Assembly (NCBI GenBank): GCA_034667685.1
Contig: JAXDQU010000118.1
Location: forward strand, 17,493-81,492
Direction of reading: 5' to 3'
DNA from: Thermoplasmata archaeon
Lineage (GTDB): Archaea > Thermoplasmatota > SW-10-69-26 > JACQPN01 > JAJPHT01
Length of the DNA: 64,000 bases
The notes below the pieces were generated by a model. The model was not told where the DNA came from. It saw nothing but the letters and a program-made list of their open reading frames with translations, and did not search any database. A program made the translations under genes and the position numbers. Of this stretch, positions 9,808 through 19,700 are shown in pieces. Position 1 is the stretch's first letter; each line of letters begins with the position of its first letter.

Positions 9808-10311
9808 TCATCCTTCGCCGAGCGTTCCGAGCATCGCCGCCATGTCGGCCGCGGACTGGTCGGCGGGCTCGTTGCCGATCGACGCCGAATCGCTCGTGTC
9901 GCGCAGGCTCGACGCCGTGATCGTCCCCTCGGGCCCGAGCAGCGCGTTCGCCGCGAACAGATCGCGCGTCGGGACGTCGCCCACGTGCGGGCCCACGACG
10001 CCGCCCACCTGCTGGAGCGCGACCGTCTGGAGAAGCTCCGTGGGCACGCGCGGCAGCGAGAGCAGCACCATCGCGTCGGCCAGGTTCTCGTGGAGCAGCC
10101 GCGACTCGCCGCGGTCCAAGGGGCTCATCGCCGCCTGCGCCGCGAGCTGGGCCAACCCGCCGCCGCGCGGCATGGGCGCGCCCAAGAGGAGCGCGTCGCG
10201 CACCTCGCCCGCGCCGAACGCTCGCAAGCCCGCGGGCCGGAACCCCTGCGCGGCCGCGACCGGCGCGAGGACGACGAGCGCGACGGTGGCGCACGCAAGG
10301 ACGAGGCGCAT
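9808..10311 (-). CDS. Hypothetical secreted protein
   Basis: Signal peptide MRLVLACATVALVVLAPVAAA; host-like codon usage. Confidence 0.6.
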   Translation of the reverse strand: MRLVLACATVALVVLAPVAAAQGFRPAGLRAFGAGEVRDALLLGAPMPRGGGLAQLAAQAAMSPLDRGESRLLHENLADAMVLLSLPRVPTELLQTVALQQVGGVVGPHVGDVPTRDLFAANALLGPEGTITASSLRDTSDSASIGNEPADQSAADMAAMLGTLGEG

Positions 10312-10360
10312 CGGCGAGGCTCGCCGGCGCGCGTGGAAAAGGGTTCTCGCCGCGTCCCGC

Positions 10361-10615
10361 TCAGGGCCGAGCGCGCAGCTCGCTCTGGTTGACGCCGCCC
10401 GCCGCGTCGAGGTCCTTCTTCACGTGCTCCTCCTCGACGATGAGCGCGTTGATCTCGCGCGTGAGCCGCTCGCGCTCCGCGTGCAGCTTGGCCTTCGCGT
10501 CGCCCTCCGCCTTCGCCTCCTTGTCGCGCGCGCGGCGGAGCAACCCGCGCTTCGTGCGCAGCTTGGACTCGATGCGGTTCAAGCGAGACTCCAGCCACCA
10601 GCTCTTCAGGCCCAT
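10361..10615 (-). CDS. Small coiled-coil hypothetical protein
   Basis: MGLKSWWLESRLNRIE...; heptad-rich; TATA-like GCTTATG about 25-30 nt upstream. Confidence 0.6.
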   Translation of the reverse strand: MGLKSWWLESRLNRIESKLRTKRGLLRRARDKEAKAEGDAKAKLHAERERLTREINALIVEEEHVKKDLDAAGGVNQSELRARP

Positions 10616-10687
10616 GCCCCTCCGATGCCGGCGCCGGGTCATAAGCGAGACGCCCCGCGCGCGCGGCCCGTTGCAGCCAGACGCGCA

Positions 10688-10702
10688 GGCTCTGACCCTA
10701 AA
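10688..10702 (+). repeat. Left terminal inverted repeat
   Basis: Exact reverse complement of 29479-29493. Confidence 0.93.
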
Positions 10703-10710
10703 GTGACGAC

Positions 10711-10743
10711 TTCCGGGTTGCCCGGCTGATTTTCGGGTCGGCG
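10711..10743 (+). repeat. Left subterminal repeat block
   Basis: TTCCGGGTTGCCCGGCTGATTTTCGGGTCGGCG; direct-orientation match to 29441-29473, with TTTTCGGGTCGGCG identical. Confidence 0.8.
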
Positions 10744-10785
10744 TTCGGCGCGATGCCGGCTGCAAGAGTGCTGGCGGATGGTCCG

Positions 10786-10986
10786 CTACTTCTTGCCCGC
10801 CTTCTTCTCGGCGGCTTCTTCGTCGTGCTCTCGGAGGGCAGCCCAGGCGACTTCCGCGGCGTGGGTCACCGATGCAAACCGCTTCCCCGGCCCGGTGCGT
10901 TCTAAGACCCACCCCAGGATCGCGGGATCTGGGGTGATGCTGACCTTTCGCTTCTGGCCATGAGCAACCGCCTTTGCGCGCCCCAT
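10786..10986 (-). CDS. Ribbon-helix-helix (CopG/Arc-like) DNA-binding protein
   Basis: KRKVSITPDPAILGWV...RFASVTHAAEVAWAAL fits the RHH strand-helix-helix pattern; CTTAAA box about 26 nt upstream. Confidence 0.65.
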   Translation of the reverse strand: MGRAKAVAHGQKRKVSITPDPAILGWVLERTGPGKRFASVTHAAEVAWAALREHDEEAAEKKAGKK

Positions 10987-11159
10987 TGTCCCCCTTAGGG
11001 CGACAAGAGAGTTTAAGGGCCTGGGGGTCTCTGGCCCCCATGAAGCCCCGATGCCCGGCATCGGATTCACCTGCATCCCACTCGGGGGTGGGGCCCGCCT
11101 GGTGCGGTTTCTTCTGGCTGTTTTCTTCGCCGCACGCCCCCCTCTGCTGAGGAATAGGC

Positions 11160-11285
11160 ATGCCGTACCCCGGAACCGACGACTCGTTGATCACCGCGAA
11201 TCAAGCAGCGGAACCTTTGTCGCCACCGTCGCCATCTCCGCGCCCGTCTGAGGCGCGAAAGAAGCTCGCCGGGGTGGTCGCGTGA
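11160..11285 (+). CDS. Small hypothetical protein (41 aa)
   Basis: MPYPGTDD...KLAGVVA; GAGGA upstream; GTGA overlap with the next ORF. Confidence 0.4.
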   Translation: MPYPGTDDSLITANQAAEPLSPPSPSPRPSEARKKLAGVVA

Positions 11286-11608
11286 TCGACGACCCGGAGG
11301 ACCCGGCCAAGTTCGTCGGGGACCTCTGCTGGATCGGTTGCCCGCAATGCGAGGGGCCGGTGAACGCAAGGCCCGTTCGCGACCAAGCGGTGCGCGCGCT
11401 GCTCCTGCGAGTCGCTGACCTCATCGAGGGCGGGAAGGTCGCGCAGGCGGATTTCGTCAAGCGGCTGCGCATCATCGCCATCGACCTCTACGAGGGCATG
11501 CAGGCGGATCTCGCCTTCTCATGCTACCCTTTGGAGATGCTGGATGACTTTGACGCGGGCGAGGACGAACCGGAGGAAGAGGACGAGCCCGCGGGAGGGA
11601 GCGCATGA
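11282..11608 (+). CDS. Hypothetical protein with CxxC and acidic tail
   Basis: CWIGCPQCEG; ATGA overlap with the next ORF. Confidence 0.65.
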   Translation: MIDDPEDPAKFVGDLCWIGCPQCEGPVNARPVRDQAVRALLLRVADLIEGGKVAQADFVKRLRIIAIDLYEGMQADLAFSCYPLEMLDDFDAGEDEPEEEDEPAGGSA

Positions 11609-11925
11609 ACCAGCCCGAAGGCAGCCCCATTCCCGTGCGCCTGGATGCCGCGCGGTGTCCCAAGTGCGGCATCGGCCTGGACCTCGATCCGCTCCTCATG
11701 GCGCGCGACCTCTCCATCGTATCCGCCCTCCTCCAGGAACTCGGCATCGTGGACGACGCCTCCCGGCGCGTGAAGGAACTGCTGGACGGCCTCGCCCGCA
11801 AGAGCATCACCCTCTGCACCGACATTGGGCTCTACGGCTACGACCTCATCAGCGAAGAAGAGGAACCGGAACTACCACCGGGCCGCCGCGAGCCCGAGGA
11901 CGAGACCACCCCTGCTGATGACTGA
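11605..11925 (+). CDS. Hypothetical CPxCG protein with acidic tail
   Basis: RCPKCGIG; GGAGG SD-like site upstream. Confidence 0.65.
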   Translation: MNQPEGSPIPVRLDAARCPKCGIGLDLDPLLMARDLSIVSALLQELGIVDDASRRVKELLDGLARKSITLCTDIGLYGYDLISEEEEPELPPGRREPEDETTPADD

Positions 11926-12076
11926 ACCGCTTGAAGCGCTTCGAGCGCTCTTCTCAGACGCCGCAATCGCCCCCTCCCGAAGGCCCTGCCCCGAACCGGA
12001 CGGCGACTCATACCGCGGCGCACCTTCTGCTGTTCCGTGCTTGTGCTCTGTTGCAGACGCAATGGAGCGATTCTGA
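11918..12076 (+). CDS. Small hypothetical protein
   Basis: Overlaps both neighbours; TGATG coupling at 12074-12078. Confidence 0.35.
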   Translation: MTEPLEALRALFSDAAIAPSRRPCPEPDGDSYRGAPSAVPCLCSVADAMERF

Positions 12077-12339
12077 TGCCCAAAGCACGCCGCAAGCTCC
12101 GCACGGACTACCTCATCAACCTCAGCGTCTTGTCGAGCTCACCCGAAGCTGACCGACCCTGCGCCCAAATCGGAGTCATGACGCTGATCCCCCGGATCCG
12201 GATCGCTCACGGCATAGGCCAGAACTGCGTCACCTTCCGCTATGGCTACGACTTCAAGATCGAAGTGGACCGCATCATCGCAGAACGACTCCGAGACGAC
12301 TTGACCAAGTGGCTGGAAAAGAACCCCTGGTCCCGGTGA
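12076..12339 (+). CDS. Hypothetical protein
   Basis: MPKARRKLRTDYLINL...; TGATG coupling; GGAG upstream. Confidence 0.55.
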   Translation: MPKARRKLRTDYLINLSVLSSSPEADRPCAQIGVMTLIPRIRIAHGIGQNCVTFRYGYDFKIEVDRIIAERLRDDLTKWLEKNPWSR

Positions 12340-12535
12340 TTCAAGGCTGCTGCCGATTCAGCGAGCGATGGACTTCTCGGGAATTGGCGTGCGTCTCCAG
12401 CTGCAACCCCAACCGAGAACGAGTTGAAGCTCGGTCACGATTGGCCCGCCATTTCGGAACAGTCCGCGCAGTGTAGACCACTGAGAGTCGAAGGGAAACC
12501 GAGCATACACTTTGGCTCAGCCTGCCAGGCGAACC

Positions 12536-15346
12536 TCAGGACTCTCGTTCCTGCACTTGGATGGTCCAATGTTCGCCCAGACCCAACTCGGCCAAGACGC
12601 GCCGGAGATCACGCTCCAAGTTCTCGCGCTCCGTCGTGGGTGTTTCGACCGACACAGAGAGTGTGAGCGACACTTTCTGCCCTTTCTTCAACGTCGGGAT
12701 GAGCCGGACACCCAGTTTGTTCCACGCCTCAGGCGGAAGCGGTCCACTCATATCGATGACCGCCACAGCTCCAGCAGCGCTGTCTTGTCCGATGACGACG
12801 GACGGGGAGTCAGGGGGCGACTGAACCAGTCCGAAGACGACAGCCCCACGGTCTTGCGCGCTCGCATCAGCGGCTTTCGGAGGCGGCGCGGTCAGCACTT
12901 GTGCCTTCGTCTTCAGCAGGAGGAATGTACCTGAGTCGAAGACGACCTCCTCGCTTGGAACCAGTTCCTTGAACCAGACCCGCGTGAACGTCCCATCGTT
13001 CAACTGCCCAGATGCGAGGCCAAACTCCCCGCGCTCGACGAGTCGCGGGAGGTTCGCCTTGAGGGCGCCCTCCGGGTCGGGCAGGCGGGTGAGGCTCCCG
13101 TCAAGGAACGCTTTCCTGACACCCGCCAGGGGCCAAGCGCCGCTCTCCTTGAGAGCGGTGGGCCAGTTGCGTTCCAGATAGCCGGCCCCGACGCTGTCGC
13201 TGAGACGTCCTTCGCTTCGAAGGGCCGTCAGGATTCGGCCGGCAAGGCTCTCGTTGGCCGAGGAGTGTCCCGCTCCAAGGTCGATGACATGGATGCCGTC
13301 CGGGGCCTTGGGATCGTAGAGGAGGACGTACCGGTATGCGGCCCAGACTTCGTCCTTGACCGCGTCGCTCGCGTTGCGGACGTTGGCACTGACCTCGTTC
13401 CTTTCGTCGGCTTCGAAGTCGCCGCCGAGGATTCCCCGATTGATCTCCTCCTGAACGCGCTTCCACGCGAGGGAGACTTCGATCTTCTCTCGCAGGTCGA
13501 GGCCTTCCTTCTTGAGGACCCACACGAGCGCGCCGGGGTAGAGGCGTGCGTTCGCAGGACTGCGCTCGCGGGTCCACGAGGCCAGAAGCTTGCGTCGGGA
13601 CTCGCTGAAGGTGACGCCCGGTTCGATGACGACGGCCGTCAATCGGGGGAGGTCGGGGACTTCCGTGCTGTCGTTGGGGAAGAAGGCGAATTTGAGTTTG
13701 TCGTCCTTGGCGAACTCGGTCTCGATGGCCTTTCGCATGGCCTTCGTGACCTCGATCTCGTCCAGGCTCGCGCGTCGGTCGCCGACGACCTTCTGGAGCT
13801 TGGGCTTGAGGCCGAAACGGAAGCCGTCGCGTCCGACCTTACGGAGGTAGAACGCTCGGGATTCGATGGCGTTCGCGGCGCTGTCGATACTCGTCGTGTC
13901 CAGGCCCGGCTCGCCGAGCGCGAACCGAAGTTCGGGCAGGTGCGCGACCTTGTCGCCCGTCATCCCGCCCGACGACTCGAAGAGGATCGCGGCGGCGACG
14001 CGACGGTGGATCTCGGCAAGCTGGCCCTTCGCGTCTGCGTCGAGCGCGCGGGCGTGGCTGTGCTCGCCCGAGATATCAGAGTCGATGGCCGTGAGGAGAC
14101 GGTTCTCGCCAAGCTGTGCGAGCACGGCGCTCCGAAAACCGGAGTCGGCGAGGGGCGCGCTTCCGAGGCTGATGAACGCCTCCTTCCTCGCTTTCTCCCA
14201 CCCGTCGCGGTAGGCCCATGAGACCCACTTTGCGAGCATAGCCAGCGTGCCGCGGGTCTGTTGGTATTGCGGCAGGCTCTGCCACTTCCGCTGGAAAACG
14301 GAAAGCGTCGCGGGGTGGAAAGGATAGCACTTGCCGAAGCGACGCGCGAGAGCCTCGCGGGCCGACTTGTCGGTCGCTCCAGCCTCCACGACGGTCCATT
14401 CGGGGGGCAGCTGATTGCGGCGCTCGAAACACCAGTCGGCGTATTCCTCCGCCGCGTGCTGAATCTTCTTCTGCGTCCTGTCGTCGAAATCCTCGAAAAG
14501 ACGTCGGCGAACGATCTCGGCGATTTCGCCCTCCTCGTTCACCACGACACTGTTCCCGACGCGCTTGATGACCTTCTCCAATCTTGCTTGCCACTTGTCC
14601 TGCCACTGCTTCTCGAACTCGCCCATTTCGATTTCGCTGCGAGGCAAGGAAAAGATGGCTGCGCACCCCGTCGTGCTCGTGAGGCTTCGCGCGAGGTTGT
14701 CCGAGAACGCCAAGAAGTCGTCCGCGATCTTCTTGTGGCGGACGATGAGGTTGAGCGTCTCGTCGAACAGAATGAGGACGTGCCCGCCCGCGAGACGGTA
14801 GAGCGCTTCGAGCGTATCCGTGCCCGGCGGCGAGGTCTTTGCTGCCGGACCAAGCAGGCGCACGCCTTCATCGCCCGCAAGCTGGCGCGCGACGTCGATC
14901 CATGGGGTCTCGCGCCCTTCAGTGGGATCCCACGCATTGCCGACGAGGACGGCGACCTTGACGGAGGGCAGTTTGTCGATGCCCTCGGTCATGAGGAGCT
15001 TCTGTACGCCTTCGCTCTTGAGCGAGTCTTGCGGATTCTTCGTGAGGTGGTAGAGGCAGGTGAGCGTATGCGTCTTGCCGCCGCCGAACTGCGTGACGAG
15101 CGACATGACGGGGCTCGTCTCGCCTGTCTTGCCCGCAAGCCGGCGAAGCACCATGCCGAGGTTCTCGCGAAGCGCGCCCGTGAAGACGGTACGTGAGAAG
15201 AACTGCTTGGGGTCCGTGTAGTCCTTCGGCGAGTTCGGGTCGTTGCGGACGACCTGCTCCAAGCGGATGGCGAACTCGTCTGGATCGAACGAGCGGCCCT
15301 CGCGAACTTCCCGGCGAGGTTCTGCGATCTTATACCACGGTTCCAT
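12536..15346 (-). CDS. DUF499 AAA+ ATPase (BrxC/PglY-related)
   Basis: PWYKIAEPR...DEFA, QFGGGKTH (Walker A), LILFDE (Walker B), IVRRRLFE, YPFHP, QQTRGTL. Confidence 0.9.
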   Translation of the reverse strand: MEPWYKIAEPRREVREGRSFDPDEFAIRLEQVVRNDPNSPKDYTDPKQFFSRTVFTGALRENLGMVLRRLAGKTGETSPVMSLVTQFGGGKTHTLTCLYHLTKNPQDSLKSEGVQKLLMTEGIDKLPSVKVAVLVGNAWDPTEGRETPWIDVARQLAGDEGVRLLGPAAKTSPPGTDTLEALYRLAGGHVLILFDETLNLIVRHKKIADDFLAFSDNLARSLTSTTGCAAIFSLPRSEIEMGEFEKQWQDKWQARLEKVIKRVGNSVVVNEEGEIAEIVRRRLFEDFDDRTQKKIQHAAEEYADWCFERRNQLPPEWTVVEAGATDKSAREALARRFGKCYPFHPATLSVFQRKWQSLPQYQQTRGTLAMLAKWVSWAYRDGWEKARKEAFISLGSAPLADSGFRSAVLAQLGENRLLTAIDSDISGEHSHARALDADAKGQLAEIHRRVAAAILFESSGGMTGDKVAHLPELRFALGEPGLDTTSIDSAANAIESRAFYLRKVGRDGFRFGLKPKLQKVVGDRRASLDEIEVTKAMRKAIETEFAKDDKLKFAFFPNDSTEVPDLPRLTAVVIEPGVTFSESRRKLLASWTRERSPANARLYPGALVWVLKKEGLDLREKIEVSLAWKRVQEEINRGILGGDFEADERNEVSANVRNASDAVKDEVWAAYRYVLLYDPKAPDGIHVIDLGAGHSSANESLAGRILTALRSEGRLSDSVGAGYLERNWPTALKESGAWPLAGVRKAFLDGSLTRLPDPEGALKANLPRLVERGEFGLASGQLNDGTFTRVWFKELVPSEEVVFDSGTFLLLKTKAQVLTAPPPKAADASAQDRGAVVFGLVQSPPDSPSVVIGQDSAAGAVAVIDMSGPLPPEAWNKLGVRLIPTLKKGQKVSLTLSVSVETPTTERENLERDLRRVLAELGLGEHWTIQVQERES

Positions 15347-15358
15347 GTCTTTCTCCCC

Positions 15359-16780
15359 TTACATCCGCGTGGGCTTCCAGTTCATGATCTCGTCTTCCGT
15401 GCCGAGCGTCCCGTGGGCAGCGTCGAGCGTAGCGTGCAGGATGACCGCTTGCAGGGCTTGCGCGAGCGCAATTGCGCCCGCCTCTTCGATGGGGCCGACG
15501 CCCTCGTGCGTCCAAGAAGTACGGGCCTCGTAGGCTGCCTCGACTTCAGCCCAGTGCTTGTCGCACCACGTCTTGTCCAGTGCCTCGACGCATCCCCTAA
15601 GGCGGACCATGGCGGGCCAATCACCTCGGTCACCGCCCTGTTTCGGCGAGCCTTGCTTCTTGAGGAGCGCGGCAGTCGCGGTCACCAAGTCGCGGATGCG
15701 GCGACCGACCTCGACCCCGGCGGGCTTGGCCTCGCCTCCGGGGAATCGCTCATCGGCGACAAGCACGGGCTGATTCAGCGCAGAGCCCAGCCAATAGGTC
15801 GCTGTCGTGACCCGCTCGGCGGCGACAGTCTTCGGTCGTGCCGTGAGGAGAACGTTGAGCGCTTCGTGCCATCGTCGGGTCGGTTCCGCCCACGAGGCTG
15901 GAGCCGAGACACGCACTGGAAGGCCGGGGCCCGTCCCATCCGACCACATGGCAGGCCAGAACTCGCCGCTCGCGAAGCGCAGTCGCCAACCGTGACGGCG
16001 TTCAATGTTCTCACCCTTCAGCGCGACGACCTGTCGACTCCTCTCCTCGAATCGCCCACCTGAAAAGAACTTCAGGACCGCGAGCGCGAAATGGGCGTCG
16101 TCGCGAGCCTTCTGATATGCCGACTCCGGGGAGCCCCAAGCGCGGACATGGAGCACTGCGTTCTCGGAGTAGTCGTCCTTCTTCCCATTAGGTCGCAGTT
16201 CCGATTCGAAGATGAGCATGTTTGCGGTTGTCGCGCCCTTGTCTTGTTCGCTCTCGTTCGTGCGGGCGACCGCCGCTACCACCTCCCCGCAGTATCGTCG
16301 CCATTCTTCGCTCGTGAGGGATTTGAGGGTAGCAGTCCCGATGCGAACGACGCAGCCTTCCTCAACGGACACGTTGTCCAGCGGGATGACGAACTCATAC
16401 TCCCGGAGATGCCGCTCCAAGGTATCGATGAACTCTTCGAGTCGCCCTCCAAGGTCCGCGTGAGGCTCCTTGACCTCATCGGCAAAGACCCGCTCAAGGG
16501 CGTCAAGACGCGAGCGCGCCGAGAAATGATCACTGGCGATCTTCGACCACGGTAGTTCCGCATCGGCGCGGGCCAGCGTCGCGAGGTCGTGTGCCGTCAA
16601 GTAGCGGTATGGCCAATAAGGCGAAACGCGCACCGCCCCGCCGCTGTCAATCGCCCCAAACGGCGAGTCGATGGGGAGACCGTTCCTCAGCCGCCCACGT
16701 TCGTCTGCTTCACGCTGACGGACCGCTGCTGCGAGTTCTCGAATGATTTCAGCGGCGCTGGTCGTGTCCATCACCATCAC
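15359..16780 (-). CDS. ApeA-like HEPN domain protein (putative RNase effector)
   Basis: C-terminal YEARTSWTHEG (Rx4H); YEFVIPLDNV...IG segment; 4-nt overlap with the methylase stop. Confidence 0.65.
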   Translation of the reverse strand: MMVMDTTSAAEIIRELAAAVRQREADERGRLRNGLPIDSPFGAIDSGGAVRVSPYWPYRYLTAHDLATLARADAELPWSKIASDHFSARSRLDALERVFADEVKEPHADLGGRLEEFIDTLERHLREYEFVIPLDNVSVEEGCVVRIGTATLKSLTSEEWRRYCGEVVAAVARTNESEQDKGATTANMLIFESELRPNGKKDDYSENAVLHVRAWGSPESAYQKARDDAHFALAVLKFFSGGRFEERSRQVVALKGENIERRHGWRLRFASGEFWPAMWSDGTGPGLPVRVSAPASWAEPTRRWHEALNVLLTARPKTVAAERVTTATYWLGSALNQPVLVADERFPGGEAKPAGVEVGRRIRDLVTATAALLKKQGSPKQGGDRGDWPAMVRLRGCVEALDKTWCDKHWAEVEAAYEARTSWTHEGVGPIEEAGAIALAQALQAVILHATLDAAHGTLGTEDEIMNWKPTRM

Positions 16781-19700
16781 CTCGGCATCGCGAGCAGCAT
16801 GGCTTCCACGAGCCTGCGTTCATCCGTTCCCTTCGGGTAGAGCGCGGCGAGCGCGTTCGCGAGGCGCTCGAAGTCCGGCCCGCGCCGCTTCTCGTCCGCC
16901 AAGAGCGACCGCAGCGCCGCCGTCTGTCCGCTCTGCTGCAGGAGCATGGCGGCGTGGACGCGGTCGAGCGTCGTGACCTGCTTCGAGCGGTCGCCCGCGG
17001 CGTCGTCCCCGACGGTCGCCTTGGCCTTCTTTGCGCCCTTTTTCTTCGCAGGCGCGCCGGAGGGCGGCGGCTCGTCCGGGAAGAGCGTGAGCTGCACGCC
17101 GCCGCGCAGGTTGCTGCTTTCGAGTTCCCCAACAGCCGCTTCCGCGCCGCCCGTGCCGAATAGCTGCTTCATGCGCTCGCTCACGGGGAGGAGGCGCACG
17201 ACGCCCTTGTCCGTCTCCGAGATCCGACCTTCCCACGTCTCCAGGTGGATGCCGAGCGGCTGCGCGAAGCGGCGGACCACGTCGTAGGGCAGGGAGAAGC
17301 CCTTCTTCTTGGCCGACTTCCCGCTGCCTTCCTCGCCGTCGTCGGCTTCTTCGGCGGCTTCTTCCGCATCCGGGCCGCCACCGCTGTTCCCATCCTCGCT
17401 CGCGGTACCTTGCAGCGCCCACAGGAAGAGCGCCGTCAAGCGCGCATCCTCTTCGAGCGCCGTGCCCGCGCCGCCGGTCTTGCCCAAGACCTGCTCCAAC
17501 GCGAGTCGGCCCACGACCTCCCACACCTTCGCGAGGTAGCCCTGCTTGTAAGGCTCCGACGCCGTGGGGTCGCCACCGAGCGGAATCTCGCGATCCTCCG
17601 CGTCCACGACCTTCGAGTAGCGGCTGTAAACCTCCATCGCCGGGCCGATGCACGCAAAAACGAGATCCGCGCCGCGCACGCCTTCGTTGTCGAGGCGATC
17701 CATCCACGCGCGGACTTTAATCGGAAGCTCGCGCGCCACGTTGGCCCAATCGCCCTCTGTGGCTGCTTCCTCGCGAGGTCGACAGATGAGATGGATGCTC
17801 GTTGCCAGAGCAGCGGATTCGCGAGCGCGTAATCGCGTGGCCATCTCGGTCGCGATGGGCCATGAACCTGTGATGACCCACCCGTTCTTAACCATACCCG
17901 ATAGCAGAGCCTCCCAGCCCTCAGTTGTCTTGTGGGCAAAGACCACGCCCCCTACTCCATCCTCTCGAAGGACGCGGCGTCCCTCGGAGAACGCCTTTGC
18001 CATAGTCTTCTCGAAGAACACCCCATCCTTTGGCGTCCCATCTACCTCGCGCGCCTCGTCCATGCGAGCCTCGCGACGCTTTGGAGTCAGGACGTTGGAA
18101 GCATCGTCGCGATCTCTGAGCAGAGGGTGGCCGGGAAGGTCCCGCTTCAGCCAGATGTAGAATACATCTGAGAGGTCCGAATAAGGCACGGCGTCGTAAT
18201 AGGGTGGATCAGAGAACCAAACGGAGGCGCTTGCATCCGGAAGTGGGGACGCAGTCGCGTCTTCCTGCTCGACGCGGCCGGGGCGATCGCACCACGTGGC
18301 AAGTTGCTCAACGCACTGTGCGACCACTTCAACGCCATCCGAGAAGCTGCCGGTCGAATCAGAAATGGGCACAGCCTCGGCGAAGTCCCACTCAAGCGAG
18401 AGGGCTTGCCTGACGAACATATGCTCGACCTTCTCTTGGTCGGCTTGATAGCGCCAACTACAGAGGGAAGATGATCGGCTGGCGACGCGATCCAGAACGA
18501 GTGCGAGAAGCTCCTTCACATTTGGCTCCGCGCCGGATTCTCGGACCACCTCACCAAGCGTCGCAAGCGTAAGCTTTTGCCGGGAGGTGTAGAGCTTCCC
18601 GAAATCGTCGATACCGTACAGGTGAAAACGGAATGGTGAGTTCTTCGCCATCTTCGCTTGCACGACTGGCTCGTTCGGGAGCGTCGGGATCCCGGGTACA
18701 ATAAATGTTGAGCGCAGCTTGGCTGCCGCCGCCTGTGCGAGTTTAACCGCTTGATAGTCTCGTTCGCTGGCGAGGCGATACTGGCGACCGGTCGCGCTGG
18801 GAGTTAGACAAACCACCGCCAGAAACCGGGCTCCGCCGATTCGGCGGTCCTGCGGATCGAACCGCACCTCTGCACCGCCCGCTTGGTCCCGAAGTTGAGG
18901 TCTTACTCGCTCGACTCCAAGGGTCACACCGCAAGATGGGCAGGTTGCCTTTCCTCCCGCAACAGTTCCCTTCGCAACGTCGCCCTCCTTCTTCGGCTCG
19001 AAGATCTCAAGCTGTCGTTCCGCGCCGGGCTTGGCGCTCTCAACGAAGCGCAATGCGCGTCGACGGCTCGCCTTCTTGCACAGCCACATTGACCGGATGA
19101 GAGGGATCTCTGCGCCGCAGTTCGGGGATTCACACCGCACGGTACGTGCCCAAAGGTAGGCGATGGGCCGTGAGCCGTCCGGATCTATGGGATAGAAGTC
19201 TTCGAGCCGCTTGTCTGCAGTCGATCGGATTGATTGAGCGACATTCCTCAGTTCGTGTGCAAGCTCGGGGCCAGCGCGAGGAATGTTCTCAAGGAGGTTC
19301 TTGAGAATAATGCAAGCCACAGGATTGAGGTCAGAGGCGAACGTGTCGCATCCCAATCTCAGGGCTTCGAGCGGGATGCTTCCGCCACCTGAGAACGGAT
19401 CCACAACCAGGGGAGCTTCATCGCCGTGGGCTGCGCGTACAAGCGTTCGGGCTGCTTTTAGATAGGCGTTTTTGGCGCTGTTGTTCCAATCAGCAAAGTC
19501 GCCGATGAACTTTAGGAGCGCTTCGCGCAGGTCCACGTCCTTCGGTCCGATGCCCGTGAGCGTGCGCGGGAGCGCGGCGCGCGCCTTCTCCTTGAAGTCG
19601 GTGGGGCATGCGGGGTCGCACGGGTCCGGAAGGAGGAGCGCCATGAGGACCGCGCGCGAGGACGCAAGCGGGCGACGCGCCCACCACAGGTGAAGCGTGG

